64,000 nucleotides of DNA from the human T2T-CHM13v2.0 reference genome, Homo sapiens: the NCBI RefSeq assembly GCF_009914755.1, contig NC_060931.1. The stretch is one strand, 5' to 3'. The notes under the pieces were generated by a model. That model did no database searches and had not been told where the DNA came from. It worked only from the letters and a program-made list of their open reading frames with translations. Made by a program: the position numbers and the translations under genes. This document shows, piece by piece, positions 1 through 42,702 of this stretch (position 1 is the first letter of the stretch; each line of letters opens with the position of its first letter).

Positions 1-934
1 TGTCCTTTCTGTTTGTTTTCCTTCTAACAGTCAAGACCCCTCAGCTGCAGGTCTGTTGGAATTTGCTGGAGGTCCACTCCAGACCGTTTGCCTGGGTATC
101 ACCAGCGGAGGCTGCAAATATTGCAGAACAGCAAAGGTTGCTGCCTGATCCTTCCTCTGGAAGCTTCGTCTCAGAGGGGCACCCAGCTGTATGAGGTGTC
201 AGTCGGCCCTTACTGGGAGGTGTCTCCCATTTAGGCTACCCAGGGGTCAGGGACCCACTTGAGGAGGCAGTCTGTCCGTTCTCAGATCTCAAGCTGTGTG
301 CTGGGAGAACCACTACTCTCTTCAAAGCTGTCAGACAGGGACGTTTAAGTCTGCAGAAGTTTCTGCTGCCTTTTGTTCAGCTATGCCCTGCCCCCAGAGG
401 TGGAGTCTACAGAGGCAGGCAGGCCTCCTTGAGCTGTGGTGGGCTCCACCCAGTTTGAGCTTCCTGGCTGCTTCATTTACCTACTCAAGCCTCAGCAATG
501 GTGGATGCCCCTCCCCTAACCTCGCTGCCACCTTGCAGTTTGATCTCAGACTGCTGTGCTAGCAGTGACCAAGGCTCCGTGGGTGTGGGACCCTCGGAGC
601 CAGCGCAGGATATAACGTCCTGATGTGCTGTTTGCTGAGACCATTGGAAAAGTGCAGTATTAAGGTGGGAGTGTCCTGATTTTCCAGGTACCGTCTGTCA
701 CGGCTTCCCTTAGCTAGGAAAGGGAACTCCCCGACCCCTTGCACTTCCTGGGACAGGCGATGCACCGCCCTGCTTTGGCTCACGCTCCGTGGGCTGCACC
801 CACTGTCCAACAAGCCCCAGTGAGATGAACCCAGTACCTCAGTTGGAAATGCAGAAATGACCCATCTTCTGTGTCGCTCACGCTGGGAGCTGTAGACTGG
901 AGCTGTTCTTATTTGGCCATCTTGGAATCCTCCC
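1..934 (-). mobile_element. LINE-1 (L1PA, approx. L1PA4-7) 5' UTR with intact 5' terminus; element continues left of window
   Basis: Minus strand from 934 reads GGGAGGATTCCAAGATGGCCAAATAAGAACAGCTCCAGTCTACAGCTCCCAGCGTGAGCGAC, the L1PA 5' end with the YY1 core AAGATGGCC; continuous 5'UTR homology to position 1. Confidence 0.93.
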
Positions 935-1131
935 AGTCAGCATTTCCTTCTTTTATAAGGCTGAGTAGTATTCCACTGTGAGTATGTCCCACACTTTATC
1001 TATTCACCTGCTGATGGACACCTGGGTTGCTTGGTCTATCTTTTGGCTATTGTGGATAATGCTGCTATAAACGTAGGTGTACAAATACCTGTTTGAGTCC
1101 CTGCTATCAATTCTTTTAGGTATATAGCCAG
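935..1131 (-). mobile_element. Older L1 (L1M-type) 3' ORF2 fragment, probably the insertion target of the L1PA
   Basis: GGACACCTGGGTTGC...GCTATTGTGGATAATGCTGCTATAAAC resembles antisense L1 ORF2 3' end. Confidence 0.75.
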
Positions 1132-2629
1132 GACTTCCAACTCTTCTAAATGGTTTTCCCTGTAGTTATTTGCCTCCAAATTACAAAATGATATGTTTAT
1201 ACTGTTTTCAGCTTCAGATATTACTGAATTCCTATCATGCAAGATGAAGTCTTAATCCTTACACACCTCTCTTAAACATGCACATACCTCCCTTTCCTTC
1301 AATATTCAGTAAATTGGACTTGGTAAAAATTATTGATAACCCAGCGCCACATAACATATTGTCATTACATTCCCTTATTCAATCACTAACTGATTCCCAA
1401 ATTATCCACTAGAAGAATACAAACATTCAAACACATTTGGTAATCTAATAATTTTATATTTTTCTCTGGAGACATCCTTCCTGGATAGGATTGCCAGATA
1501 AAATAACAGACACCCACTTAAACTTGAATTTCAGGTCATAACAAATATGGATCCTTTCATTCTTCTGATCCATCCTGAACTGGCTGCTCTCTAGACCAGT
1601 TTAATTACTCTTCCAAGTGTATTTTACCACTTTAAATTTGTAATACTAATTTAGAGCTGACTGACACTCCCATTTATTTAACTACTGTTTTACTTCCTAA
1701 AAGTAAAGATTTATAGTTTTTCTTCATATAGAATCATACCTTTCACAGTAAGTTTATTCTTCATGTTGGTTATCATGCATGAGATTTATATATGTATAAA
1801 CTTACATATATATTTAAGATTAGATATATGACTTTTGATACTAAATCAATTTAAATGTGATTACTGTAACACTTTAAAAACAGAACATATTTTTCTCCTC
1901 TATCTGAACACATTGAGAATTACACATTCTATCCATTGATATTAAAGCAAGCATTTTAGTATTTTGTAAATGTATACCTCTTTCCATTCTCCAAACACAG
2001 CCCTAATGTAAGCTGTTAAATCATCAGCTGGCCTCCATTCCTCCACCTAATTTCCTCTCAATTTAAGCTAGACACTAACAGAACAACCTTCTTGAAGAAT
2101 TACTTTAAAACACCCTTTCTTAAACACCGAGAATAGCTCTCAATTAATAAATTAAAACATCTCATCAGATTTTATGAGCTTTTATTAAAGGGCATTTACC
2201 TAAGCATCTCCTTGCCCCACTCTACTGCTTATCATCCCTCTCTCCATCTCAGCTTCCCTAGCTTGACTCATTCACCTTACATTTCTTCTCTTGTTCTAAT
2301 TACATAAACATGTATTCCTCTCTGGGTAGCTGAAATTAACTGTATCTGAAAGTTCTACTGTTTATACTCTGTATTTTTGATTTTTTTTAAGTATCCTAAA
2401 CTAGTAACTGTTTCCTTATTACTTCATTAGAATTCATTAGAATACAATATTTAAATTTCTCTTAAGGACTTCAGAGGCCTGAAAACCTGAGAAACCTCCA
2501 AAGACTCAGCTCATTATATTTCTTCTAAGTGTGTAAGAGTTTTTAAATATTTGTAGAGAGTGGAATAGATCCATTTGCTTCTCAAAGCAGATAATAATCA
2601 AGCATTTACATGACAGTTTCCACTCTTAC

Positions 2630-30726
<28,097 letters not shown>

Positions 30727-32028
30727 CTAAGACAAAGGAAACCAAAATCAGTATGTAAGTAAGTTGAAAATCTTCGCTTAACTATAATACAGTGGTTGGA
30801 ATTTAGCTGAGAAATGTACAACCACCTCACCAACACATTTTTGTAGAGCACAGAAACACATATAAAGATAAATTTTATTCTGTTCTCTACAAACTTGCTA
30901 AGTGAGTGTGAGGGAGAATATACTATACTCAAAGTAATCCTCTCTTAGCAGCAGTAGAGACATCAGAAATACTGCAATTATAAGCCATAAAATCCTCAAC
31001 CATTATGTAAATGTCACTGTTATTAAATGTCAATAAAATGAATCAAAAGATAAATCATATTAAAATGTGAACAATGATAATACAATATGACAAAATTTGT
31101 GGGATGAAGCACTTGTAAACAGAAACATATAGCTTTAAATGCATCTGCTAGAAAAAAAGAGGCTGAAATTAATGAGCTATGTATCTACCTCAAGAAGTTA
31201 CAAAAAGAATAGACAAAAAAACCTTAAAAACAGATAGAAGGAAAAATAAACAGCAGAAATCAATGACATAAAAAACACGTAATACAGCATTGAAGACAAA
31301 AATTGATTCTTTGAAAAGATTAACAAAGCTGGTAAACCTCTAGCAAGGCCAAGATAAAAGAGAAAAGGCATAGCCCATTTTAGGAATGATCCTAAAGACA
31401 TTAGATATAAATGAGGATATTATGAACAATTTCATGCTAAGAGATTTAAAATATTAGATATGGGCAAACCTGAGTCATGAGGAAATAGAGTGCCTGAATA
31501 GTCCTGAACGATCACTTAGTAATTTTAAAAATTGACCCACAAACAAGACTCCAGGCCCAGATGACCTCACATGCAAGTTCTATCAAATATTCAAGAAATA
31601 AATAAATCTAATATTATATCAAATTTACTCCAGAGAGTAGGAAAAAAGGATTTGCTCCCTAACTCATTTAATGACAGCATAACCTTGGTACCAAAACTTG
31701 GAAAGAATTATAAGTCACCCTCATTTATGAGTAAAGATGCAAATATCAAGTTGGGTCTATCCCAGGAATACAAGGTGGTTTTTAACACTAAAAATCTTAA
31801 ATCAGTGAAACTTACCACATTATTAGATTAAAAGAAAAATATCATATGACCATTTAAAAAGATTCAGGACAAGTATTTGATAAAATTCAACATTTATGTT
31901 TGATTAAAAAGTAAATAACAAAACCTCTTAGCAAGCTTAGAGGATACTTCCATAATCTGGAAAAGGATACTTCTAAAACATCCTATGCAAATAACATGAA
32001 ACCAGTCACTCTGAGATTAAGAACACAG

Positions 32029-32294
32029 CAGCTGGGTGTGCTGGTTCACACCCGTAATCCCAGCACTTTGGGAGGCCGAGGCGGGTGGATCACGAGATCA
32101 GGAGTTCAAGATCAGTCTGGCCAACATGGGGAAACCCCGTCTCTACTAAAAATACAAAAATTAGCTGGGCACGATGGCCGGTGCCTGTAATCCCAGCCAC
32201 TTGGGAGGCTGAGGCAGGAGAATTGCTTGAACCCAGGCGGCAGAGGTTGCAGTAGGCAACAGAGTGAGACTTCATCTCAAAAAAAAAAAAAAAA
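32029..32294 (+). mobile_element. Alu (AluS), right-arm deletion
   Basis: Alu dimer lacking ~30 nt after GGTTGCAGT. Confidence 0.9.
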
Positions 32295-33133
32295 ATAGCA
32301 AGAATACCTGCTATTACTACTGAATACTATTCAGTGTTCTAGTGAACACTGTGCTGGAGGATCGAACTGGTACAGTAAAATAAGAAAAAGAATTAAAAGG
32401 CATAGGAATTAGGAAAAAAAGCTGTCATCTGCAAGTGCTATGGTTACACATCCAGAAAATGCAAAAGAATCTATAGAGAAATCATAAGAATCAAGAAAAA
32501 GATTGCTAAATATTAGTATATTAAAAATTCTAGTTCCATAAACCAACAATATAAAGCTAAAAAGTGAAATACCATGTACAACTGCATAAAAATGTCAAGT
32601 ACACTGGAATAAATTTAACAAAAACTATGCAAAGCTTCTTTAGGGAAAAGTATAAAATATTATTGAGAGACTTTAAAGAAAACCTAAATAAAGGGAGATA
32701 TACACCACGACCATGGGTTTGAGGTTCAATAATGTAAAGATATTAATTAATTCTCCTCAAAGTGATTTATAGATTCAATTTAATTCCAATCAAGATCGGT
32801 GGAACCTGACAAGCTGGTTCTAAAATTAATATGGAAATGTACAGGGCCAAGAATACTCAAAGCATTCACAGAAAACAAAAACAAAAACAAAACAAACCCC
32901 CCCCACCCTAAAACTCTACCAAGTATCAAGACTTATTTTAAAGCTCTAGGAATCAAGGCAATATGAAACAGATGCCAGTGCCCAAAACCAGATCCATGTA
33001 TATGTGTGCACTCATATGTAACAGGAGGCACGGAAGAGCACACGGCAAGAATAAACTTTTCAATACAAGGTCCTGGACACTTTTTATATAGCCTCTATAT
33101 CAATATCTTATATATATGTATCTTTTTATTTTA

Positions 33134-33645
<512 letters not shown>

Positions 33646-34510
33646 TTAAAGGAAGCAAAATAAAATTATTTTGCTATCTCATAAAAATGTATTCCAAAGT
33701 AGATGATAAACCTAAACACACATAAAACACAAAGTACAAAGGTTGTATAACATAATATAGAAAATATCTTTATGACTTTATGACAGGAAGGACTGTCTTA
33801 ATCAAAACACAAAAAGCACTGTCCATAAGGGGGAAAACTGATAACTTCAGCCATATTAAAATAAACTCCTATTCATTAAACTATAAAGAGTGAAATGATA
33901 AGCCAGAGTAGCAGAAGACATTACAATACAGGTGGCCACCAAAGGAATTATACCCAGAATATACTGAACTCCTATAAATCAATACAAAAAAAAAAACCAA
34001 TAGAAAAATGAACAAAATACTCGGATAGGCACATCATAAAAGGAACTCTAAGTGGTTGAATCACACATAAAAACGTGTACAACCTCATAAGTAACTGGGG
34101 GAAATATAAGTTAAAAGCACAATAAATACCACAACATACCCAACAGACCAGCTAAAACTAAAAAGCCTGATGATACCATGTGTTGAAGATGATGTAGAGC
34201 AATAGGAACTTTAAACTGATAGTCTGATACAGCCATTGTGGAAAACAATTCTGCACTAAAACTGAAGAATCAAATATTCTATGATTACTCAATGACCAAG
34301 CAAATCCTCTTTTAGGTAAACACACCTTAAAGAAACTCAGGCACATGTGCACCAGGATACCTACCTATACAAAACCGCTTATAGAATCATTATTTGTGAA
34401 GTCTATAAATAGTAAAATGGATACAGTATATTCTCATAACAGAAATCTATATGGTAATGCAAATTAAAAAAAAAATCATACAATAAATGAATGAAATCTA
34501 CAAGTTAATC

Positions 34511-34760
34511 AAGGCGGGCGGATCACGAGGTCAGGAGATCGAGACCACCCTGGCTAACACGGTGAAACCCCATCTCTACTAAAAATACAAAAAATTAGCC
34601 GGGCGTGGTGGTGGGCGCCTGTAGTCCCCACTACTCGGAGGCTGAGGCAGGAGAACGGCATGAACTCGGGAGGCGGAGCTTGCAGTGAGCCGAGATGGTG
34701 CCACTGCACTCCAGCCCGGGTGACAGAGCAAGACCCCGTCTCAAAAAAAAAAAAAAAAAA
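34511..34760 (+). mobile_element. 5'-truncated AluY
   Basis: Starts at AAGGCGGGCGGATCACGAGG; AluY diagnostics; A18 tail. Confidence 0.92.
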
Positions 34761-35644
34761 GACATAAAAGAGTACATATGATATATTCTATGTATGCAGA
34801 AAATTCAAAACTAGGGAAAGCCGAAGTATACTGTTTAGGGATAATAAAACTATCTTAAAAAAACAAGGAAGAGATGGATCTTGAAAGGACAATGGTTTCC
34901 TCTGAGGACTGTCATCTGAAAAGGATGGCAGGTGGTGTCCTGGGGTTCTAGACAATTATTACATGGGTGTATATTTTATAATTATTGATTAAACTGTAGA
35001 TTTATGTTTTAGACACATTTCCTCTATTATTCCACAATTAAAATACTAAATAAAAATACACAACACAATACACAATTAAAATACTAAATTTCACAATTAA
35101 AATTCTACCCACAACCATGTAAAAAATTAGGTAAACAAAAATCTTGAAATGTATTAATCTAATAACTACAACAAAATATCAAAAGCAATAAATCAGAGAC
35201 CTCCGGATATGCAAAAACAAGCCTACTCTCACCTGAGAGAACTCTAGTACACTTGCTACTGTAAAGTCTTTGAGAGCTTGAGTAGAGTTTGCTGCAATCC
35301 CAAAAGGTCAAAACCAAAAGATGTCAACAAATAACATGACATTGCTGCTTGAATACTGAATCCACATAACTAAATCAAGCTATTACGCTTTGCTTTTGAG
35401 TAGAACATAAGTTTACTTTATTTGTCCAATTTGGATTTACATCACTTTTCCCATAGAAAGCAAAAGGTGAATATGCTAATTGTTTAAAAACTTATTTTTT
35501 AACTGAAAGACTATAAATTTCCAATTCAATAAATAAATGTTATACAAAATTGTATATATCTTTACATACAATTCCCTTGGTCCATAGTTTCTTATAAGAA
35601 ACTCAAAAAGGTTCCTGTAACCCAAAGAAAAGGTTAAGAATCAC

Positions 35645-36070
35645 TGGATGGAGGATTCACACTTCCCGACTTCAAACTTACTTAACAAAGCTATGGTAAT
35701 CAAGACTGTGGTACTGGCATAAGGATAGACACACCGAATAGAACTGAGAGTCCAGAAATAAACTCTTACATTTGTGGCCAATCGATTTTTGGCAAGAGTG
35801 CCAAGATCATTCAAAGGGGAAAGAAGAGTCTGTTCTACAAATAGTATGAGACAACATACATATGCAAAAGAATGTGTTTGGACCTCTACCACACACCATA
35901 TACAAAAATTAACTCAGATGGATGATATACCTAAAGGTAAGAGCTAACACTATAAACTCTTGAAATAAAGCATGAGTAAGTCTTCAAGGGTTCGGATCAG
36001 AATATGGGTTTTGAGATCTGACACCAAAAGCACACGGGACAAAAGAAAAAGTAGATAAACTGGTCTTCAT
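35645..36070 (+). mobile_element. L1M ORF2 fragment
   Basis: CACACTTCCCGACTTCAAAC...AAGACTGTGGTACTGGCATAAGGATAGACA...CACACCATATACAAAAATTAACTC. Confidence 0.85.
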
Positions 36071-36254
36071 ACTACAGTCTAAGGGCTTCTACTTTTCTCA
36101 GCTAAGTTTAGTGTGAGACACTCAGCTGAGTATGGAAAAAGGTAGAGAGGTATGAGGAAAGGAAATATAAAAGGGGTGATCTGTAGAACGAAAGACTAAG
36201 AAACACAATAAGATTGCTAGCTAGTGTTCAGAGTCCAAATCCACCTGAGGTTCC

Positions 36255-36270
36255 AGATGTCTGTCCCCAC

Positions 36271-36306
<36 letters not shown>

Positions 36307-36693
36307 CATGCTGAAACGTAATCCACAATGTTGGAGGTGGAGCCCGGTGTGAATTGTTTGGGTCATAGGGGCAGATCCCTCAGGAATGTCTTGTGCTGTC
36401 CTAGGGATGGTCAGTGAGTTCTCATGAGATCTGGTTTAAAAATGTATAGCACCTCCCTCCCACTCCCTTGTACCTCTTCTCACCATGAGAGCACCTACTC
36501 CCCCTTCGCCTTCTGCCATGATTGAAAGCTTCCTGAGGCCTCACCAGGAGCAGATGCTGGCACCACGCTTCCTGTACAGCCATAGAACCATGAGTCAATT
36601 AAACCTCTTCTCTATAAGTGACTCAGCCTCAGGTATTTCTTTATAATGATGCAAAAACAGCCTACTACAAAACCATTTAAACAGCCTAATACA
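36255..36693 (+). mobile_element. MaLR solo LTR (MST-type) containing (CA)n at 36275-36303
   Basis: GTGAGTTCTCATGAGATCTGGTT...GCCATGATTGAAAGCTTCCTGAGGCCTCACCAG...AATTAAACCTCTT...CAGCCTCAGGTATTTCTTTATA. Confidence 0.85.
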
Positions 36694-39600
36694 AAACCAT
36701 TCCTATGTATTTATGTGATTTTTTTTCAACAATGTTCACCCATGTGGTGCAGACCCAGAGCAGGAAATTGGATTCATCCAGAGTTGGGGTTTTTGTAGGT
36801 AAAGACCAGAAAAGGAGTTCCTGATATTTACAAGGGAATTAAAGGATGACCCGTGAAATGTAAGTGGTCAAAAAAGATGTGAAGACGGAAGGTAGTGAGA
36901 AAATGGTGAGATGATCTGAGGGGTCTTAATGGCTCCCAGCACTGAGTCCGTGGAAGGCCTTGAGCAACTGACCTATAAGGAGGCGAGATTATGCCCAAAG
37001 AGTAGAATGTTCAGAATCTGACATTTCCGAGGTAGCATCATCTATAACAGTGATAAGATCCAAGTGTGGAAACAGTGTGTGGCTAAAGGGCAACAAAAAG
37101 ATCACTGCAGATAAGTGAAAAGATGCATGAGAGCTATCTCTGCATTCAATAAAACAAGTTCAAAACCAAACTTCCCTGATTTTAAATGCAAGGTTCATTA
37201 AGTGTCAAAAGAAATAGGTACTATACTCCCACCAAAACAGAAACTCAATGTTAACAGATGCCAAGTTGGCACTTTTTCTATAGAAACCCCTAGTTTGTCT
37301 TGTCTCACCTTGACCATGGCCACATTCCTCACTCCTAAGAAGTGACTGTGACACCAAAAGAATTAGAGAAAAAAAATGTTTAGATGTGTCCTGAAAAACC
37401 TAAACCAGCATATCATAAACTCTCCATGACATCTAAGATACATAAATCAGAATGACTCCCATGAGGGTTAGGGAAAAAAGGGGAGAAAGGGACATTTCAA
37501 TTAGTTAAGAACACCTTGGGCTGAACATGACTATTAATCTTCAATGATGTATGAGTTCCTCTCTCTAGTGTCTACTTGTCATCCCACCTCACCCCATATA
37601 ATCTGTTTTATGAAATGTCAGTGAAGGCTTCAGGTTTGGGCCAGTTCTAATCAACTGGTAAAACATTCATAGCTCCATTTATTTTGAAATTCAACACAAC
37701 ACAACAGTAAATTTGATATATCAATAAAAACATGAAATCTGGTAAACTAGTACATCTGAAAAACAGTCCATTTAAATTAACCATACAAAATACAATTTTA
37801 AAAAATAAAATTAAACACAAAAAGTTAACATTCCTAAACCAAGAATTATCTCAGGTCTTTGAAAGGAACCAAAAGGAACTACTGCCTACACTTCCGTTTC
37901 TCTCTCAGAGGGAGGCATAACTTCTCCCTACTCTCTTTATCACCCACTCCATCCTTCACTCACTGCCTCCCTACTAAAAAATTGCTAGAATCATGATAGC
38001 TATAACAGATATGTTAAGAGGAAATGCAGTAGGACACACAAAGAGCACAACTCTGAAAGCAAATTTTCTAAGGATCACTTTCAAACCTGGCACATAACCT
38101 TCTTTAGTCTCTTCCACTCACTTCTCTTGTAAAACTTTCCTTCATATATAGACTGTGACACTTTTTCCTAAAAGCAAAATGTTTAGCTTATTAGACCACT
38201 TTGTGTGTGAGGGCACAAGGGAGGTGTTTTCCTACAGGGTGACAATCTGACCTTTGCTGAATAGCTTCCATCTATAGAACAGCCTCACTGCCATTTGGTG
38301 AGTGGGGCAGTGACAACTTTAGCACTTTCCATTGTCTTAATCTTCTGAAATTGTTGCTTAGCTGGCATTTTTTTCTGACACTTGATGAGAACTGAATTGA
38401 ATTAATGACTAACCGAAATTCCCTAGGATCAGCCAAACGTTCTCTTTTTTCCTCTCGGATAACACTCTCATTTATATTCTCTACTCTTGGTGTTAGAAGA
38501 GTGGGTGGCCAAATTCTTTCAGATCTTACTGTCCGTGGACTTCATTAGATATTCCTCTTGCTTCAGATACTCTCCCCATTCTTCACTGAACGATCTTACA
38601 CTACCTAGTCTTCAAAGCCCCAAATTCCTCCTCCTTGATGATACTTTACTTGATCACACCACAGAAAGTCCTTCAACATTTTACTGATACACATTTCCTA
38701 CCAAAAGGGTAGGAAAAAAAAAAACACATTTCCACTGACTTATGGCCTAACATTGTTTAATACTGAGCAATTTTTATATCCTATTCCCTGAACTGAGCTC
38801 TTTAAGATTTCTCTCTCAATACCAAGTACAAGATGATCACAGTAAATTTTTGTTGACTATTAACTGTGCTGCAAACTTACTTGAAAACTAATATATTGTG
38901 GCAAAATTTTTTAAAATTCTATTCGGTTTGAATTTTTTAAAGAATTTTCTTAAAATTCTTAACAGCTGGTAAAAACGGAAAGCTCTTTCAACATGTAAAG
39001 TACAACTTTCATCTTTCCTTAGACAGTAGAAGGCTGTGGTAATGAGATTTATATATCGGAAATTTTGCTTCAAGTTTTCACCTGTGTATCAGAAATTCAC
39101 CTTCTCATCCAAAGCACCCAACTACTCATTTTCTTCACTGTGACATGTGACATAATCAGAGGACTGAGTCATTGTGTACCCCTAAAGTCCCACACTAACA
39201 AAGGAGGATGGGGAGTGGCCTTTGAGGTAAATTAACTCCGGGAATACAGAGGATAGCTGACAGCTTGCTCTGCATGTTTCCTTTCCTATCTTGATTCTGG
39301 GGTCAGTTTAGGTCTAGAGACAGCTATAGGAGAGGCAAGGTATCCTCAGTCTACTACCTCCATGACACCGGATAAACACATATCAACTGGCTTCAATGGG
39401 ATGCATAGATTGTAGAATTAGAAAGAGTTGATTTGATTTCCAGCTCTACTTGTTTTGACTTGGAGCAGGTTTCTCAATCTGCCTGAGGAGCAGGCGTTCC
39501 CCTGAGATTAAGCAGGACAATGTATGTCAGTATGTAAAGCATGGGACTAAGCCTATAGTAAGCAATGGCACAGTAAACATACTAAGTCATAAACAGCAGC

Positions 39601-39834
39601 TATTAATATTATTATCATGTCTCTACCAGGTTCCAGTCAGCCAACACTGCCCTAATCAACAGCGTATTAGCTACGAGGTTTGAGCCCAAATAGGAACTAG
39701 GCTTTTATGATTGGGCTTAGTATTTTTTTCTTCAATAAGGTCTCTTCAGAGCACACACCAGGCACTCAAATGGCTATGCTTCAAGAAAAAAAAAAAAAAG
39801 AGAGAATTTGTTTTCTATTTTTAATTAATTTTAG

Positions 39835-40070
39835 ATGGTGGAGTTGAGAAAAATCTCTCTCTCTCGAGTCAGTCTGCCTGTGTTAGAATCCCAGCTACCC
39901 CGCTTAGTAAGCTGTATGACTTCGGGTAACTTACTTTACCTGTTTTTTGTTTTGTTTTGTTTTGTTTTTTGTTTTTTGGTCTCCTCATCTGTAAAGATGG
40001 GAAATAGTAACAGTAACCCCCTCAAAGGATTTTTAAGACAATTAATATACATAAAATGCTTAGAATGAAA
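39835..40070 (+). mobile_element. MIR with internal (TTTTG)n
   Basis: AATCCCAGCT...GCTGTATGACTTCGGGTAACTTACTT...CTCATCTGTAAAGATGGG. Confidence 0.7.
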
Positions 40071-42319
40071 CTGTAGAACAATGGTTTTGTTGTCCAAAAA
40101 TCTTACGTTGCTAGCCAGTAAAAATAAGGCTTATTAATTGGCTTAATAAGTTGACATTCTTACTAAAAATACTAGGATGCCAATAGGCATTTTCACTTTT
40201 AAATTGTTAATAGTTTTATACAATGTTTTAACCCTGAGACAGATCACTTTATTACCAGATATCAGCTAAGGTAAAAATTTATAATTTGTATGAATTATTT
40301 CCAGTGAAAAATCAAACTGGTAATGTATGATTAAATTTGTGGCTCAGAAAAACCCAACTTCTATTATTTTCTTGCTGACATAAAACTGTTTTCACAAAAT
40401 TAAATGGTTTCTTCATAAATTGAATATGGTATGTTTCCACTTTTGTGAAGATTATATAATTGACACATTAAAGCTGTTTAGTGGCATACTATATGCTTAA
40501 GGGGTCTGAAGTAAATGCATACTCTGAACCAAATTCCTTTGGTTCACAATCATCTCTTAAGGTTCACTTATGGTTCACTTTTCCTACCTCCAACAGCAGG
40601 GCTCATGCTTCCAACTGTCCCAGGGCTTCCAGAGTTATTTCCAACCAGCTGATTAAAAGAATCTATGATAATAAGGGTGAAGGGAGAAAGACAGTATAAA
40701 AAGGAACTGATCAAACAACATGAGAGGAAAATTAGGTTGAAGAGCCAAGATGTGCACTCAGTGGTACAAAACATACTCCCCAAAAAGCTAAAAATCCTGT
40801 TGACAAGCTTCTAATTAAATCTGTCCCACAATGAATATGTGAAATATGCACATCAATATGATTTGTATGGTGATACATTATTTGCTTCAAGTACATAAAT
40901 GCTTGTTATTTTGCTCTTTACTGCCTGACATCTTGGACACAGAGTAACTGGCAATGCAAATGGTGAATGCATCCTTACAAATAAGCACAAATCATTATTT
41001 CATGAAGGTAATAATTTTTATTAGAATGTTCTAAAGAAGGAGGAGGTGCTTTACATTTCTGAAATATTCAAGAAGCTAACTATATTTACTTTTCACTGTC
41101 CTGTGGTGAAAAGGACAGTGAAATTCTCAAGTTAATACTCTCTTATTCCTCAGCCTACTTTCTGCCTACCTGGCTGGGTATGAGGAATGTCTACACAGAC
41201 TAAAGAAATTAGGATACAAACAGTGCCCAGTATATCTGCTATTTTTGTGGAGATAAAGACTATTCTTTTATTTATAAACTGTGATACAGCAAATAAATAT
41301 CATCCCAAAATGAATATGATGTGAGAATTTGGTAAGAACTTTGTAAATCATCTTAGGGAAGAAAAAACTTGCCATGATGATAAATAGTATCAATTTCATA
41401 AAGGTTTGCTTGGCAATGTTTTTAAGTTAACAAAGGCAAGAAGTATGCTATCTGTAATATATATCTGAAGTGTGTATATACATAACAGTATGTATGTGAA
41501 GTTCTACAACACATGTGAATATTTATATGCCTCTCTTAAATATAGGTATTAGAGTGAAAGTCGCGTAGAGAAAAATGATTCCTTTGGCAGAGCAAGTTTT
41601 ATGGTGTAATTTACTACCTGCTTTCTGTCTTCTTCTCTATCCATTCCCACCTCCCTTAACACTAAGGAAAGGTGAAACAGCACTAAGCACCTTGAGCCCA
41701 GAGATGGAAAATGGGAAAACCTTCCTGTTTCTAGCAGCTTTGACCACCACACAGGGTCTCATCAATAAAGAAATATATACACCCTACTACTGTCACTATT
41801 TTTGACTGATGAATTCTACAAGAAGAAACATTATACAAAAACTTGTTAGTACCTAGAAGTACAATGAAATGTTTACTGAGTCCAGTTCCTCATGAAATGC
41901 AAGACATAAGGAATTAACACACTAAAAACTTTCTAAATCCCTTTAACACTCAGTCTATCTGTGGCTCCCAAACCTGGCTATGCATTAGAATCCCCTACAA
42001 GCTTCTATAAGCTTCTACACGGCAGCCTTTCAAAAGAATGATGCAGCTCTGTAAGTAGGAATATGGAAAGATCTCCAAGATACGCTTGCTGTAAAGCAAC
42101 AAAAGCCAGGTGCGTAACAGTTTGTATGCGATCCCCTCATCCCTATGTTTGTAAATGCAAGGTATATGTCTGGAAGGGCATGTAAGAAATTGGTAACAGC
42201 AGTTGCCTCTGGGAAAAGAAAACTGAATGGATATAGAATGGAGAAGAGGAGAATTGCTTTTCACCATAGAACCTTCTCTATACCTTCTGAAATCAGCAGT
42301 GTACATTGTTTATTTTTAA

Positions 42320-42702
<383 letters not shown>

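Noticed and set aside
35227-35250. CAG|GTGAGA junction resembling a recursive splice site in intron 1
   Set aside because: Pyrimidine tract is only ~7 nt and competing AGs lie immediately upstream
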